Notes under the pieces: generated by a model
The model's input: the letters and a program-made list of their open reading frames with translations, nothing else
The model's database searches: none
What the model was told of the DNA's origin: nothing
Virus genome (UHGV): UHGV-2079062
DNA length: 39,037 nucleotides
Strand: one strand, 5' to 3'
From: a virus
Translations under genes and position numbers: made by a program
In this document: one piece after another, positions 37,466-39,037 of the stretch
Layout: each line of letters starts with the position of its first letter
Numbering within the stretch: position 1 is the first letter of the stretch

Positions 37466-37644
37466 AGCATCCTCACGATAATATCCGGGTAGGTGCGATC
37501 ACTTTCGTCTACTCCGTTACAAAGCGAGGCTGGGTATTTCCCGGCCTTTCTGTTACCCGAAATCCACTGAAAGCACAGCGGCTGGCTGAGGAGATAAATA
37601 ATAAACGGGGAGCTGTATGCACAAAGCATCTCCTGTTGAGTTAA
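37462..37644 (+). CDS. small protein, lambda orf60a-like
   Basis: 60-aa ORF; ATG overlaps exo stop (ATGA). Confidence 0.6.
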   Translation: MKHPHDNIRVGAITFVYSVTKRGWVFPGLSVTRNPLKAQRLAEEINNKRGAVCTKHLLLS

Positions 37645-37808
37645 GAACGAGCATTGAGATGGCACATAGCCTCGCTCAAATTGGAGTCAGGTTTGTGCCA
37701 ATACCAGTAGAAACAGACGAAGAATTTCATACGTTAGCCGCATCCCTTTCACAAAAGCTGGAAATGATGGTGGCGAAAGCAGAAGCAGATGAGAGAGACC
37801 AGGTATGA
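37617..37808 (+). CDS. small protein, lambda orf63-like
   Basis: 63-aa ORF overlapping the previous gene end. Confidence 0.6.
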   Translation: MHKASPVELRTSIEMAHSLAQIGVRFVPIPVETDEEFHTLAASLSQKLEMMVAKAEADERDQV

Positions 37809-37884
37809 CAACCACTGAATGCATTTTTCTGGCAGCGGGCTTCATATTCTGTGTGCTTATGCTTGCCGACATGGGACTTGTTCA

Positions 37885-38100
37885 ATGACACATCAGCAAG
37901 AAAACGCCCTTCGCAGTATTGCCCGTCAGGCTAATTCTGAAATCAAAAAAGCCAGACAGCAGTTTCCGGATAAAAACGTCGATGACATTTGCCGTAGCGT
38001 ACTAAAGAAGCACCGCGAAACGGTAACGCTGATGGGATTCACACCGACTCATTTAAGCCTGGCGATCGGCATGTTGAACGGCGTCTTTAAGGAACGATGA
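37885..38100 (+). CDS. small protein, lambda orf61-like
   Basis: 71-aa ORF from internal ATG of track ORF 37819..38100; start uncertain. Confidence 0.45.
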   Translation: MTHQQENALRSIARQANSEIKKARQQFPDKNVDDICRSVLKKHRETVTLMGFTPTHLSLAIGMLNGVFKER

Positions 38101-38198
38101 ACATGAAAAGCAAAATCATCAGGGAGCTACAGGCTCCTTTTTTATTATTCGCATTTACCCTCAAGCGTATTAACCAACAATTCAGGGATTAATGAAAG

Positions 38199-38417
38199 AT
38201 GGCAGACATCATTGATTCAGCATCAGAAATCGAAGAATTACAGCGCAATACAGCAATAAAAATGCGTCGTCTGAACTACCAGACTGTATCCGCAACTCAT
38301 TGTTGTGAGTGTGGCGATCCGATAGATGAGCGAAGACGCCTAGCTGTTCAGGGTTGTCGGACTTGTGCAAGTTGCCAGGAGGAGATCGAACTTAAGAACA
38401 AACAATGGGGACTGTGA
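38199..38417 (+). CDS. TraR/DksA-family C4 zinc-finger protein
   Basis: 72-aa ORF with CxxC-N17-CxxC motif (CCECGDPIDERRRLAVQGCRTCASC). Confidence 0.65.
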   Translation: MADIIDSASEIEELQRNTAIKMRRLNYQTVSATHCCECGDPIDERRRLAVQGCRTCASCQEEIELKNKQWGL

Positions 38418-38743
38418 TGGCCTCAAAGCAGCAAATTTCAACATCGTCCAACTGGGGTGTAAAAATGTTCAGAATCATTTTTCCTAACACCTGGTACGTC
38501 GACCACCACGGCACTCCCTGCAAAATCCTGCGTTCTACCCACAACAAAGTTCACTACATCCGAAAAGGCAGAACATGTATCGCCAGCATGTTCCGCTTTA
38601 ATCATGACTTTGAACCTGTGAATAAAGCTGATGCAGATCGGATAGCAGAAGAGATCGAAACGGCAGAACACATTAAGAAGTTACGTGACATGCGTTCAAA
38701 AAGCAGAGGTAACCATGGAATCATACAGCCTCACACTCGATGA
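38417..38743 (+). CDS. hypothetical protein
   Basis: About 108-aa ORF (track 38405..38743); start uncertain; no family recognised. Confidence 0.4.
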   Translation: MASKQQISTSSNWGVKMFRIIFPNTWYVDHHGTPCKILRSTHNKVHYIRKGRTCIASMFRFNHDFEPVNKADADRIAEEIETAEHIKKLRDMRSKSRGNHGIIQPHTR

Positions 38744-39037
38744 GGCCTGTCAGTTTCTTAAGATATCCAGACCAACCGCCACCAACTGGATACGAACAGG
38801 CCGCCTACAGGCAACACGTAAAGATCCAACCAAGCCAAAATCTCCTTACCTCACAACACGGCAAGCCTGCATTGCGGCGCTTCAGTCTCCGCTGCATACT
38901 GTCCAGGTGAACGCGGGTGATGGCATAACAGAGGAAAGAAAATGTCACTCTTCCGCAGAAGTGAAATATGGTACGCCAGTTTCACATTGCCGAACGGTAA
39001 AAGATTTAAACAGTCTCTTGGAACAAAGGACAAAAGG
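38715..39037 (+). CDS. xis: excisionase-like HTH protein (P22-size Xis), partial: runs off window end
   Basis: Open frame from ATG 38715 with no stop to 39037 (at least 107 codons); N-terminal AlpA/Xis-type HTH ([26 protein letters not shown]); overlaps int start in another frame. Confidence 0.55.
   Translation, partial: MESYSLTLDEACQFLKISRPTATNWIRTGRLQATRKDPTKPKSPYLTTRQACIAALQSPLHTVQVNAGDGITEERKCHSSAEVKYGTPVSHCRTVKDLNSLLEQRTK
38942..39037 (+). CDS. int: tyrosine integrase, N-terminal 32 codons only (continues beyond window)
   Basis: GAGGA ribosome-binding site then [32 protein letters not shown], a typical P22/DLP12-type integrase N-terminus. Confidence 0.65.
   Translation, partial: MSLFRRSEIWYASFTLPNGKRFKQSLGTKDKR

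Overview
The window is almost entirely a mosaic lambdoid prophage, abutted on the left by a complete IS66-family insertion sequence (about 84..2537). The prophage runs right to left. Integrase and a P22-size Xis sit at the right edge and continue beyond the window. Leftward come a lambda-like recombination/early-left block (exo, bet, gam, kil, cIII, ea10, ral, sieB, P22-type N with nutL), then the immunity region (cI, operators, cro, cII), O with ori iterons, P, ren and a nin region (ninB, Dam methylase, ninE-like, rusA, ylcG, Q). Next are an intact prophage porin on the opposite strand, a phage-21-type lysis cassette (pinholin, SAR endolysin, Rz/Rz1) with bor, an HK97-like packaging/head module (HNH, TerS, TerL, portal, protease, major capsid) and a Mu-like contractile tail module ending in tail fiber and tail fiber assembly genes. 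The strongest candidate for an undescribed system is a 299-aa AT-rich gene for a predicted single-pass membrane protein (32064..32963) sitting between cI and pL/N, the slot lambda uses for rexAB. A second candidate is an AT-rich promoter-gene-terminator moron (9115..9645) inserted between the tape measure and DNA circulation genes. Other notable points are an apparent frameshift splitting terL, a probable programmed -1 frameshift in the tail assembly chaperone, a 21-nt N gap inside the ninE-like gene, and a ninF/ybcO-like deletion scar. All protein identifications rest on reading the translations and recalling known families; no database search was possible, so named homologies need BLAST/HMM confirmation.
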